A stretch of 26,214 nt of DNA from a virus (Duplodnaviria > Caudoviricetes): the IMG/VR virus record IMGVR_UViG_3300046788_000003, positions 1 to 26,214 of that record; one strand, 5' to 3'. Of this stretch, positions 14,573 through 23,780 are shown one piece after another. The notes below the pieces were generated by a model. It was not told where the DNA came from, did not search any database, and saw nothing but the letters and a program-made list of their open reading frames with translations. Every line of letters starts with the position of its first letter. Within the stretch, counting starts at the first letter, position 1. A program made the translations under genes and the position numbers.

Positions 14573-15541
14573 TCATTGCGTGTATGCTTTGGTCGCGCCC
14601 TGCACGCCTACGACATTGCCCTTCGCATCTCTGATCATCTGCACGCGACCACCGTTCTTCTGTGCTTGCTGCATGATGTCATTGTATGCAGTTGGGTTCT
14701 GTGTCCGCACAACACGCTCAACGTGATCCGACACAGCCTTCTGCACGGGATCAGCACCCGGTGATGTTGATTGCACACGTTGTGCTGGTGGTGCACTCGT
14801 TAGGTTCGTTTGGTTTGGTGGTGCAGCGGATGTCGTCTTGCCTGGGATGTTAGGCAATTGCACTTGTCCAGGCACACGATTTTCAGCAATCATTCGGTCT
14901 CTGAACGCTTGGTATGTCTCGCCCTTGCGTGGCTTCTCAGTTATCACTGCACCAGGGAAGTTAGGATCAGCAGGCATCTGCACGGATGTTTTGTCACCCG
15001 CTGCTGTGTTCGCTGCTGATGCTGCGTGTATGTTAGCCTCTTGTATCTTCAGTGGCACACCCTGTGGACCAGCTACACCACCTGTGATCTGTGAAGCCTG
15101 TGCACTGTTTGCTGGATAACCAGCATTGACAAGATGCTCTAGTGCACCACCGCCCTTGAGTGCAATGTCAGCATTCTGTAGATTGGTCAGTCCACCTTCG
15201 ATACTCGGTATGAGTGAACTTATATGCGATGCAATGTTCGGTGACATTGCAGCAGCAACGCTCAGACCACCGCGTGTCTTCACACCTTCAGTTGCAGCAG
15301 CAAGCTCCTTCTCATACAACTGTTGTGCCAGTTGTTGCTTGGCATACTCATGCTGTTGGTTCATCATGTAGTCATAGTTGTCTGCCGAGATCGTGTTGCT
15401 CAACCGATAGGTGTCGAGCAGGTTCCCAGCCTGTGCTGGGTTGTTGGTCCCTACGATCTGTGCAAGCGTAGACTCGATTGGGAACGGATCAATCCCACCT
15501 GGATTGTAAGTTCCATACGTGCCTGATGAAGAAGCTGGCAT
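14573..15541 (-). CDS. Putative internal virion / ejection protein
   Basis: 322 aa, Ala/Gln/Gly-rich, lying between two other ejection-type genes. Confidence 0.6.
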   Translation of the reverse strand: MPASSSGTYGTYNPGGIDPFPIESTLAQIVGTNNPAQAGNLLDTYRLSNTISADNYDYMMNQQHEYAKQQLAQQLYEKELAAATEGVKTRGGLSVAAAMSPNIASHISSLIPSIEGGLTNLQNADIALKGGGALEHLVNAGYPANSAQASQITGGVAGPQGVPLKIQEANIHAASAANTAAGDKTSVQMPADPNFPGAVITEKPRKGETYQAFRDRMIAENRVPGQVQLPNIPGKTTSAAPPNQTNLTSAPPAQRVQSTSPGADPVQKAVSDHVERVVRTQNPTAYNDIMQQAQKNGGRVQMIRDAKGNVVGVQGATKAYTQ

Positions 15542-15551
15542 TGGTTATTCC

Positions 15552-16658
15552 TCAGAACTGAGGCTGCGTGTATGTCTTGCCTGCGTTGTATGTGTCATAG
15601 TAGTTCTGCTCAGCACTGTTGGTCGCGCTCGTGTTAATGCTTGGTGAGATGCGATTGAAGAAGCCACCCGGATCGAATAGACTACCGACCACACTCTGCA
15701 AGTTCTTGTCAGTGGCTAGCTTCGAGAGTTGGTTGCCAATCTCAGCACCGGGTTGTGATGGCACAATGCCAGCAGCACTGTATGCACGACCGAATGCATC
15801 ATTCGCGTTCTTGTTCGCAGCGTTCACGCCTTGTGCTCCATACGCAGGTGCCGTTGACGCACTATACGATCTAGCAGATAGCAGGTCAGCGAGGTTCTTC
15901 TGTTGCGCACTCGGTGCAACTGCTGTTGCTTGGAACGCTGGATTGGCAAATGCAGTTGCAGTTGTAGCTGCGTTCTCCAAGCCAGTCCTACGTGACTCAT
16001 TCACTTGGTCAGTGCCAGTCATACCAGCGATCTGCGCATCCATGAGCGACTTACGCAACTGGTCATTCTGTGTCCTGCCCAACTCACTCATCACTGGTCC
16101 TGCATTCACACCAGTGCGTGTGTAGTTGCGCAACGTCTCCTGCGTCATGGGCCTGAACACCTCATTCGCAGCAGTCGTGCCTCTATTCATCAACAGGCTT
16201 GTGAGTTGGTCACGTTGCATGGGCCTGAAGTTCGCCAACTCGCGTTGTGCAGTGTCAGCAGCGGGACCAGCACGAGCAGCACGCACAGCAGCTTGTTCAT
16301 TCGCCAACTCCGCCATGCGTGCTTGCGTTGTATTCTGTCGAATGGTTGCCTGCATTGCAGACGTGTCAGCAGCCTGTGGCAACTCACCAAGTTTACTAAC
16401 CCACGTGTTGCTACCAGGATCGTATCGCAACGTCGAACCGAAGCTGTCTTGTGACCCAGCAACCGATCGCTGATTGATCATCGCAGACACGAGTTGCTGA
16501 TACAGATCATTGCGACGTGTATCATCTAGCTGCTGATTGGCAATCTGTTGTTGCCGAGCAGGTCCAGACTGATCACGTGTGGCAGTGCTGTAGATACTAG
16601 ATGCAGCACTCGCAGTGGCACCAACAGCACCAATGATGGCAGCAGCAGTGAGTGCCAT
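15552..16658 (-). CDS. Putative ejection (pilot-like) protein
   Basis: Hydrophobic N-terminus MALTAAAIIGAVGATASAASS followed by an Ala/Gln-rich helical body, typical of T7 gp14-like proteins. Confidence 0.65.
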   Translation of the reverse strand: MALTAAAIIGAVGATASAASSIYSTATRDQSGPARQQQIANQQLDDTRRNDLYQQLVSAMINQRSVAGSQDSFGSTLRYDPGSNTWVSKLGELPQAADTSAMQATIRQNTTQARMAELANEQAAVRAARAGPAADTAQRELANFRPMQRDQLTSLLMNRGTTAANEVFRPMTQETLRNYTRTGVNAGPVMSELGRTQNDQLRKSLMDAQIAGMTGTDQVNESRRTGLENAATTATAFANPAFQATAVAPSAQQKNLADLLSARSYSASTAPAYGAQGVNAANKNANDAFGRAYSAAGIVPSQPGAEIGNQLSKLATDKNLQSVVGSLFDPGGFFNRISPSINTSATNSAEQNYYDTYNAGKTYTQPQF

Positions 16659-16659
16659 G

Positions 16660-17112
16660 CTATCCTACCTTCTTTGAATACACGCGGTCCTCTAACACGA
16701 AGCCCAACTTCTCGAACAGCGGCTTCGTGTGATACACTTCACGATACGAGTTGTGGATCACATGCACGCCCTTAGCAATCAGCGCAGGCTCCACAGCTTC
16801 ATAGAGCAGCTTGCCAACGCCCAAACCACGGTAGTCACGTGCAACTGCAAACGTGTCACAGTGTGCAATGATCTGCTTCTTACGCTTGGGGCTATACATC
16901 ACAGTGTAGAGTGCTGCACACACCATCATGCCTTGGTCTCTACCAACATGCAGGTGCAACATCTTCTCTTCATCGAGCTTCACGTAGACTTGCCAGTTGA
17001 AGTCAAGTGGCTCTTCATCAGCGTTCTCAGGTGTGTTGTCCCAATACCGATGCACGAATGCAGCATACTCAGGTCGCACTCGTGAGAAGTCCTCATGTGC
17101 GAAGCTGATCAC
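16660..17112 (-). CDS. GNAT-family acetyltransferase
   Basis: Canonical acetyl-CoA motif FAVARDYRGLGVGKLL and C-terminal LFEKLGF. Confidence 0.85.
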   Translation of the reverse strand: MISFAHEDFSRVRPEYAAFVHRYWDNTPENADEEPLDFNWQVYVKLDEEKMLHLHVGRDQGMMVCAALYTVMYSPKRKKQIIAHCDTFAVARDYRGLGVGKLLYEAVEPALIAKGVHVIHNSYREVYHTKPLFEKLGFVLEDRVYSKKVG

Positions 17113-18170
17113 TAGAAGGCTCCTGTGTTACCCAGGCCACGGTTCTTGTTGGTTATGTCATTCGGATCAACGAATGGTGCTGCACCTGCTGGGTTCGCAG
17201 CAGTTGGGTTGTTCGCACCTTGCACTGCACCACCTGCATTGATCAACTCAGTGAGGTCAGCGAACTTGGTTCCACCGACTGCGTTGCGCAATGCACCACC
17301 GAAGTTGGTCAAGTAGTCATTGGCTTTGCTCTGTGCCTGCGTGCCATACGTGCTCGGGTCGAATGTGTCATTCAGCCCAATGCCAGATGCAGTCGAACGC
17401 GCACCACTGATTAGATCATTGATCCCACCACGATCAGTGGTGATCAATCCACTGCCTAAGCTCGACACTGTATCACGTGCAGCACTGCGCTTCTGTGCCA
17501 ACGTGCTGAGTGCTGCGTTGTAGCCAACATCGGTCAGCGTGCCACGCTTCTGTGCATTCTGCAACTGCGAACTGAGTGGATCGAACTGCTCACTTAGGAT
17601 CGTGTCGATGTATGGATCATCTGTCGTGTCTGGGATCAACGAGTTGGCGTAGTTGGGCGTGAACAGGCTATTGAGTGAACTCGTAGCCTGTGACCGCTTG
17701 CCACTGGTCAAGTTGCCCAGCAACGTGTCACCAAACGATGCAGGATATGCAGCCGCAGGGTTCGGGTCCAAGTCCTGAATAGTGTTCTGTTGTCGTGTCA
17801 GTGCAGGCACGATGTCGCTCTGCATGTATGTGTTAGGATCAACACCTTGCAGTTGGAACGCTCGTGTTACAGCGCCCAGTGCATCATTGTATGCAGTGCC
17901 CTTGCGTGTTTGGAACGCAGCTTCATCAGCAGCACTCGTGTCAGTCGCAGTTTGCTTATCGGTAGCAGTCGTTGCCTTCTCTTGCGCCTGACGCTGTGTG
18001 ATCTCATCGTTCAACTCCTGTGGTGAGTAGAACACCTGACCGTTGACAGGATCAACATACGATGGTGCAACCGTTGGTGCCGATGAGCCACCACCTCCAC
18101 CTTTACCACCACCACCACGCACACCAACGAATGCGAGGTGTGCAATCTGTCCACCTTCAGTCCACATCAC
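17112..18170 (-). CDS. Putative ejection protein with a short leader and Gly-rich GGKGG motif (P22 gp7-like N-terminus)
   Basis: N-terminus MMWTEGGQIAHLAFVGVRGGGGKGGGGGS, Ala/Thr/Gln-rich body, flanked by two GNAT genes. Confidence 0.65.
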   Translation of the reverse strand: MMWTEGGQIAHLAFVGVRGGGGKGGGGGSSAPTVAPSYVDPVNGQVFYSPQELNDEITQRQAQEKATTATDKQTATDTSAADEAAFQTRKGTAYNDALGAVTRAFQLQGVDPNTYMQSDIVPALTRQQNTIQDLDPNPAAAYPASFGDTLLGNLTSGKRSQATSSLNSLFTPNYANSLIPDTTDDPYIDTILSEQFDPLSSQLQNAQKRGTLTDVGYNAALSTLAQKRSAARDTVSSLGSGLITTDRGGINDLISGARSTASGIGLNDTFDPSTYGTQAQSKANDYLTNFGGALRNAVGGTKFADLTELINAGGAVQGANNPTAANPAGAAPFVDPNDITNKNRGLGNTGAF

Positions 18171-18637
18171 ACTTTCCTCGCATACTTGTAGATGGTCCCA
18201 AACCTTGTGAAGCCCATGTGCTTGTAGATTGCATCCACAGCAAGACTGTTAATTGCTGCAATGTCACCAGTCTGCACCAACACTGCACTGCGCACGTCCA
18301 AGCACCAACTGATGAAGCCACGCATGAGCACAACGGCAATCTTGGTTCGCCCCGGTGTCCCCTCTCGCACATACCATGCATCTTCTACACCCATGAGTGC
18401 GCGTGAGAAGAAGAACTGCGTGACATGTCCACCGACAAAGCCGCAATACGCTCCTGTCTCATCCACAGCCACACGGATGTAGTAGTCAGGATCACGACAC
18501 GATGCCCATGTCGAAGCGAATGCAACTTCCCACTCGAACGCTGGTCCTGTCTGGCCGAATGAACCAAGTGCAACCAACTCCTTACCCAAGTTGACGCAGT
18601 GTGCGATGTTGTGCTCATCTACAGCTTCGATCCGCAC
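18167..18637 (-). CDS. GNAT-fold protein (divergent; positional analogue of T7 gp13 / P22 gp14)
   Basis: IRVAVDETGAYCGFVGG, EDAWYVREGTPGRTKIAVVLM and AIYKHMGF. GTG 18637 lies just after the nozzle stop. Confidence 0.7.
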   Translation of the reverse strand: MRIEAVDEHNIAHCVNLGKELVALGSFGQTGPAFEWEVAFASTWASCRDPDYYIRVAVDETGAYCGFVGGHVTQFFFSRALMGVEDAWYVREGTPGRTKIAVVLMRGFISWCLDVRSAVLVQTGDIAAINSLAVDAIYKHMGFTRFGTIYKYARKV

Positions 18638-18638
18638 C

Positions 18639-20336
18639 CTACCGCCTGATCCCACCATGCACGTATGCAATCGAGATGCTGACAAACCGCAACTTGCGTT
18701 TGGTCGTGCCACTGAACCTGAGCTTGATCAGCTTGAACTTCGTAGTCCATGCGAACAGTCGCTCATCACTGCTACGACGACCACCACCGAATGGTGCATC
18801 ACCGAATGGCACGTTGCCGTAACCCCCAACGTTGCCACCCATGAATGTCATCTCTAGCATTGGCTCATCAGCACCGTGATAGTTCACGATGTTGTCCACA
18901 TACGCACGGCATGTGAACTCAGCATCGCCTGTCGTGTCCAACGCGATGTAGCGTGTCTGCTTGATGTCCATGCGCTTACGCATGTCAGCCCATGGCAGTT
19001 CCCACTCGAACGCTATAGGTTCGCCACTGCCGCTGTTCACGGCTGGATCGTTCAACCGATCAGCACCAACGCTCGTGTTATCGAAGTCATACGAGTAGAG
19101 CTTGTTGCCTCTAGCGAATATCACATTCTGCAACGCAGTGCGACATGCAGCTTGCCACACCCAACCACGCAATCGTGCCCATGCACTCACCTTGAGCGCA
19201 GGTATGTTGCTGAAGCTGAATGCGATGGTCTCAGTGATCACACCCGCAGTGAACACTGGTATGAACAGGATGTAGCGGAAGTTCCTCAAGTCATAGACTG
19301 CGAACACGTAGCGACTGACCTGTGCCTGCGTGAGTTGCTGTGACAACTTGGTGATCAGCGGGTCGATCAGGTGGCTAGCACGCACTGGGCGTAGCGTGTT
19401 GAATACGTTCACGCGCGTGATGCTGTTCACACCCACGTTGTCACAGTAGAACACGTCATCGCCAACGCTACTCAGCGAGCGGTGCGTGAGGCAACCGAAC
19501 TCTTCAATGAAGCCGTCATCCGTTGGCGTGTGGATCGCAGGTGATCCAGTGAACACACCAAGGTTGACAGGCAGCACACCACGCTCGAACGTGACTAGCA
19601 ACTTGTCACGATATGCTACTAGCCCAGTGATCGTAGAACTACCCAGACTGACACGAGGACCAACATCAAGAGCAATACTGTCATTTGGTGCAGCATCACC
19701 TGGATACGTCCCACTCGTGCCAGTGCTAGAGATGTAGAGCGTGCTTGGGTTCGATGGCACACCAGCAATGCATGTATACTTCGCATGTGCAATCACATAC
19801 TTGCCAATGGGCACATTCACATTCGTGAGTGAGGCCAAGTCCACTAGGAACTGCAATGCCATGTAGTTGGGTGATGCAACTTTGCCACCAATGATCAATG
19901 GCTTGTCCTTGCCATTCATGATGAGCAGGTCACTGTTGAAGATGGTGAAGTTGACTTCAGTGTTGCTTGCTGTCCATGGTGGCACAGTCGCAGGACTGAT
20001 GAACATCTGCGTGGCAACGCCATTGCCTGCTACACGGAACACTGCACCACTTGCATGCACCGTGATCACGTAGGTGTTGAAGTAGAAGCAGTTGATGATG
20101 TCACTCGTGTCACTGATCTGGTTGCTGAACAACGCTGTGCCTGGACGCACCATCAGCGATCCATCAATGGCACGCTCGATGTTGTCCAACACCTTAGCGA
20201 ACTTCGGTGACATGTTCAGGTCAGTGTCAGTGATGTTCAGTCCACCCTCGAACGACCGAACAGTGCTGACTTGCAAATTAGACTGTGGCTGCTGACCACG
20301 TGGGTTCAGGTTGCCACTTGTCTTAGCTAGATACAT
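18639..20336 (-). CDS. Tail nozzle / tail tubular protein B (packaged-DNA stabilisation, beta-propeller-like)
   Basis: About 565 aa and beta-rich, with SFEGGLN...NIERAIDGSLMVRPG and ITGLVAYRDKLLVTFE...FGCLTHRS. TAATG coupling at 20336; it precedes the ejection genes. Confidence 0.75.
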   Translation of the reverse strand: MYLAKTSGNLNPRGQQPQSNLQVSTVRSFEGGLNITDTDLNMSPKFAKVLDNIERAIDGSLMVRPGTALFSNQISDTSDIINCFYFNTYVITVHASGAVFRVAGNGVATQMFISPATVPPWTASNTEVNFTIFNSDLLIMNGKDKPLIIGGKVASPNYMALQFLVDLASLTNVNVPIGKYVIAHAKYTCIAGVPSNPSTLYISSTGTSGTYPGDAAPNDSIALDVGPRVSLGSSTITGLVAYRDKLLVTFERGVLPVNLGVFTGSPAIHTPTDDGFIEEFGCLTHRSLSSVGDDVFYCDNVGVNSITRVNVFNTLRPVRASHLIDPLITKLSQQLTQAQVSRYVFAVYDLRNFRYILFIPVFTAGVITETIAFSFSNIPALKVSAWARLRGWVWQAACRTALQNVIFARGNKLYSYDFDNTSVGADRLNDPAVNSGSGEPIAFEWELPWADMRKRMDIKQTRYIALDTTGDAEFTCRAYVDNIVNYHGADEPMLEMTFMGGNVGGYGNVPFGDAPFGGGRRSSDERLFAWTTKFKLIKLRFSGTTKRKLRFVSISIAYVHGGIRR

Positions 20337-21364
20337 TAGGGCTTGGTCCCTTCCAGTGCTGCTACGCGCGCAGTCAACTCCTGACATGCTTTCCACAGCA
20401 CTGCGACCAGTTCATTGTATGCAATGCTCTGTTTCCCATCCTCCTCTACGCGATGACCACCGAACTCATGCCCAACCATTGCTCGTTGCACGTCCTGTGC
20501 TACGAAGCCCCAATGTGTATCATTGCGGAACATGTCGGTGTCAGCACCGTTGTTGAACCTGAACCGCTTAGGCTCAAGTGCTTGCAATATAGCAATGCAA
20601 TCAGGCAATGGTTGCACGTCGGTCTTGTGACTGATGTCACTCGACGTGCCGAAGTAGTATGAGAAGACGTTGCTCCAAGCCATGCCGTTGTAGCCATTGA
20701 CAAAGCCATTATCGTATGTTGGCTGGAGACCGCGTGTAGTTAAGCTACCATTGAGCCATGTGCTGTTCGCATACAGATTGATCGAATTGAGATTGCCACC
20801 ACTGAATGCAGCATGAGTGATGTTCCCTGCACTTGCTAGATATACTACTCCTGATGTGCCAACAGAAGGACCAATGACAAGGGTACCAGTGCAATAGAGG
20901 TTATTGTTGGAGAGGATGTTACCAGTTGCAGTCACACTACCAGATACGGTTCCTCCACTTAATGGAAAGTAATTGCCAACTGTCGCTGACACTTGTGCAG
21001 CCGTCTGATAGCCAGATGGATTGGCTGCTGCGTATCGACTGGTATCAGTTGGATGGACGTGATCGCCACGTGACCATGCTGTTGCTGCACCCGGTGCTGC
21101 CACACCATTCATGACAGGGTTCGTTGCAGATGCTACAGGCAATGCAGCCTGCACGAACGCTGTTGTAGCTATGCTCGTGTCATTGTCACCAACTGTCGGC
21201 GTCGGTGCACGTGGATCACCACTGAAGATTGGTGACACCGCAGGTGCATACGCCACGTTGAGTGTGCCATTGGTCCACTTGGTAGTGTCCCACACCCAGA
21301 TGATGCCATTGGGACCAACGAACTGTTGACCGTTGGTTGGTGAAGCTGGGAAATCGAGTGCCAT
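20336..21364 (-). CDS. Tail fibre with a C-terminal intramolecular chaperone (peptidase S74-like)
   Basis: SDISHKTDVQPL...LEPKRFRF...HWGFVAQDV...IAYNELVAVLWKACQEL, fibre module APTPTVGDNDTSIATTAFV, ARGDH-like SRGDHVHP. Start at ATG 21364 (MALDFP). Confidence 0.85.
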   Translation of the reverse strand: MALDFPASPTNGQQFVGPNGIIWVWDTTKWTNGTLNVAYAPAVSPIFSGDPRAPTPTVGDNDTSIATTAFVQAALPVASATNPVMNGVAAPGAATAWSRGDHVHPTDTSRYAAANPSGYQTAAQVSATVGNYFPLSGGTVSGSVTATGNILSNNNLYCTGTLVIGPSVGTSGVVYLASAGNITHAAFSGGNLNSINLYANSTWLNGSLTTRGLQPTYDNGFVNGYNGMAWSNVFSYYFGTSSDISHKTDVQPLPDCIAILQALEPKRFRFNNGADTDMFRNDTHWGFVAQDVQRAMVGHEFGGHRVEEDGKQSIAYNELVAVLWKACQELTARVAALEGTKP

Positions 21365-21365
21365 A

Positions 21366-22958
21366 TTATAGGTCCGCCGACAGACTATAAAGATTATTAA
21401 GCACATAACAGTCACCGGCAGCGACTGCCGTTACCTCGAAGCGTCCCGATGAAGCGTTGAGCACCAGGCCAATACTTGTGGCATTGCCAACTGTGCCGGC
21501 TGTGATGAGGGCAGCAGTAGGTATCGCTCGCATAGCCGCAAATGCCACGTTGTTGTCAAAGATGTTCCCAGCAGTGGGAGCAGGCGCACGCAGCGAGGCA
21601 TAGATAGTTTGATAAAACCTCTGACATTGCTGCAACTGCATCACTGGATCAGGCTTCTCCAATGGCGTTGGTTGCGTCTGACCGGGTTGCGCAATCTCAA
21701 GCTGGACGCCAACGAGTTGGATAGTGCCAGTCTGCATGCCAATGTTACCGGATCGTGCAGCTAGCGTCGCACCGGATGAATACCAGAACTCAAGTTGCGT
21801 ATTGTCATCACCAACTGTGCCGAACGTCTTACCTGCCACAGAAGGTAGCACAATCGTGCTCGTGTAGCGCGTCCATGTGGTCGATAGCGTTACCGAGTTC
21901 CCGGTTGCCAGAACGACAACTTGTGTTGATGGCGAACCGCCTGTGCCGAAGTTCTGTGCGGCATTGATCCCAAGCTTCGGTGTCCCTGCTGTAGCTCTAG
22001 CCCAGAACGACAAGATCACGGTCCTACTCGCCAGTCGCCGTAATCCTTCAATACGCTGAAACAGAAAGTGATACGCTCCTGCCGTACCACTGCCAGTAAA
22101 CGTGTTCTGCAACATCCATGAGATGGCATCATCACCGATTGCCGTTCGGTCTGCGTCAGAGATACCGACGAGCGAAAAGCTGAGCACATCTGGTGCATTA
22201 GAAGATATAGACCAGCGATCCGCAGTATATCCGCCAGACGTAAATGGTCCCTGGCCACGTTGCGCCACATTGAACATCGAGTTGTGTAATTTGTTCCGGC
22301 CAACGTCATTGAGTGTTGGTGCAACAGCAGCTTGCACGAATGCCGTCGTAGCTAGAGACGTGTCATTGTCACCATACACTGGTGTTGGTGCAGTTGGGTT
22401 GCCTGTGAAGACTGGCGATGCTGCACTGATTGTAGCAACCCATGCTGCATTCTGCCGACCATACACTAGACCATCTGATGATGCGTCACCAATGTTCCCA
22501 GGTTGGTTGGTTGCAATCACCCATTGTGCCGAGTTGGCATCAACGTAGAACACATACAACTGTGCACTCGTGGTCTCGAACCACAAGTCACCTGTCTTGG
22601 GTGAGGATGGCGATGCATCACCAACTGAGATGGTTGCACCAGCACCACTGGTGATGACGTTGGTCGTTGCGTGCCAATACGTTGGATAAGTTGCACGATC
22701 TTGCGTGAACGTGGCTGGCGTTGCAGAACTCGTGTGTGTCACTGCGCAGAGGTAGATCGTCGCCGTAGCGATGTCGAGCACGTTCTGCCCAGACACGTAG
22801 TGCGTGCTGTTCAACCATGCACCAACGTAGTTAGGCACTGCCATGTAGCGTGAGATGAATGAGTCAATGATGTCCATGTTGCCATTGACAGCCTCATCCC
22901 ATGGGATGTCATCGAACGGCGGCTTCTGCAACTTGAGGAATGGCGTCAGCACTGTCAT
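21366..22958 (-). CDS. Tail fibre / receptor-binding protein with carbohydrate-binding-like domains
   Basis: Anchor-type N-terminus TPFLKLQKP...W...NGNMDIID, a W..Y..G..V...YLC..THTS module, NKLHNSMFNVAQRG...YTADRW...VQLEI and LQQCQRFYQ. Confidence 0.8.
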   Translation of the reverse strand: MTVLTPFLKLQKPPFDDIPWDEAVNGNMDIIDSFISRYMAVPNYVGAWLNSTHYVSGQNVLDIATATIYLCAVTHTSSATPATFTQDRATYPTYWHATTNVITSGAGATISVGDASPSSPKTGDLWFETTSAQLYVFYVDANSAQWVIATNQPGNIGDASSDGLVYGRQNAAWVATISAASPVFTGNPTAPTPVYGDNDTSLATTAFVQAAVAPTLNDVGRNKLHNSMFNVAQRGQGPFTSGGYTADRWSISSNAPDVLSFSLVGISDADRTAIGDDAISWMLQNTFTGSGTAGAYHFLFQRIEGLRRLASRTVILSFWARATAGTPKLGINAAQNFGTGGSPSTQVVVLATGNSVTLSTTWTRYTSTIVLPSVAGKTFGTVGDDNTQLEFWYSSGATLAARSGNIGMQTGTIQLVGVQLEIAQPGQTQPTPLEKPDPVMQLQQCQRFYQTIYASLRAPAPTAGNIFDNNVAFAAMRAIPTAALITAGTVGNATSIGLVLNASSGRFEVTAVAAGDCYVLNNLYSLSADL

Positions 22959-23780
22959 CTAGTTGATCCCCACCCACTGCATCGAGTTGCCATCGTTGTA
23001 ACCAACATACAACCGCGATCCTACACTATCGAACCACAACACGCCCTGACCAATCACAGGTGCAACGTCTCCTACTGTTACCGAAGCTGTGCCTGATGGT
23101 CCCGGCAAGCCTTGCACACCTTGTGGACCTTGCAATCCTGTATCTCCCTTTGTGCCTTGTGGACCTTGCGATCCAGTAGCACCGGGTGGACCAGTTGCAC
23201 CTTGCAATCCTGTGTTGCCTTGCGCGCCAGTTGCACCTTGTGGACCAGCAACGCCAGTTGCACCTGTTGCACCAGCGGGACCAGGAACAGTTGATGCTGC
23301 ACCTTGCGGTCCAGTTGCACCAGTTAAGCCAATCGGACCTTGCGTTCCTGTAGCACCAACAGCGCCTTGCGGACCCATGCTACCTTGGGCACCAGTTGCA
23401 CCAACTGTGCCTTGTATACCTTGCGCACCAGTGTCACCCTTGACACCTTGTGCTCCTGTGTTGCCCGTTGGCCCCGGTGGACCTTGTGTTCCTGTAGCGC
23501 CAGTTGCACCAGTTAATCCAACGGGACCAGAGTTACCTTGTGGACCAGCAACACCAATGTCGCCTTTGACACCCTGTGGTCCGGGCGGTCCTGGTGGACC
23601 AAGTTGGTTATACGCATCCACATACTGCTTAGTCACTGCATCGAATGGACCTGTAGGATCAGCCCACAACGTGAGCACACCTTCCATCTTGTCACCATCA
23701 CGTGACACACGTTCACTGAATGCCTTGTTCAGCTTAGCAGCAACCAGTGGGTTCTCACCACGTGCAAACGTCGTGCTCAT
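22959..23780 (-). CDS. Collagen-like fibre protein
   Basis: 56 Gly-X-Y triplets, N-terminal DAVTKQYVD fibre motif and C-terminal GVLWFDS...[14 protein letters not shown]. Confidence 0.88.
   Translation of the reverse strand: MSTTFARGENPLVAAKLNKAFSERVSRDGDKMEGVLTLWADPTGPFDAVTKQYVDAYNQLGPPGPPGPQGVKGDIGVAGPQGNSGPVGLTGATGATGTQGPPGPTGNTGAQGVKGDTGAQGIQGTVGATGAQGSMGPQGAVGATGTQGPIGLTGATGPQGAASTVPGPAGATGATGVAGPQGATGAQGNTGLQGATGPPGATGSQGPQGTKGDTGLQGPQGVQGLPGPSGTASVTVGDVAPVIGQGVLWFDSVGSRLYVGYNDGNSMQWVGIN
23085..23600 (-). repeat. Collagen (Gly-X-Y)n coding repeat: 34 triplets, STVP interruption, 22 triplets
   Basis: Counted from the translation (172 codons). Confidence 0.9.

Noticed and set aside
16660-18637. 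GNAT toxin-antitoxin modules
   Set aside because: There is no adjacent small RHH-type antitoxin, and both genes are translationally coupled within the virion operon.
20336-22958. Diversity-generating retroelement acting on the tail fibres
   Set aside because: There is no reverse transcriptase in the window, and the repeat pair differs at all base types (largely synonymous positions), not specifically at adenines.
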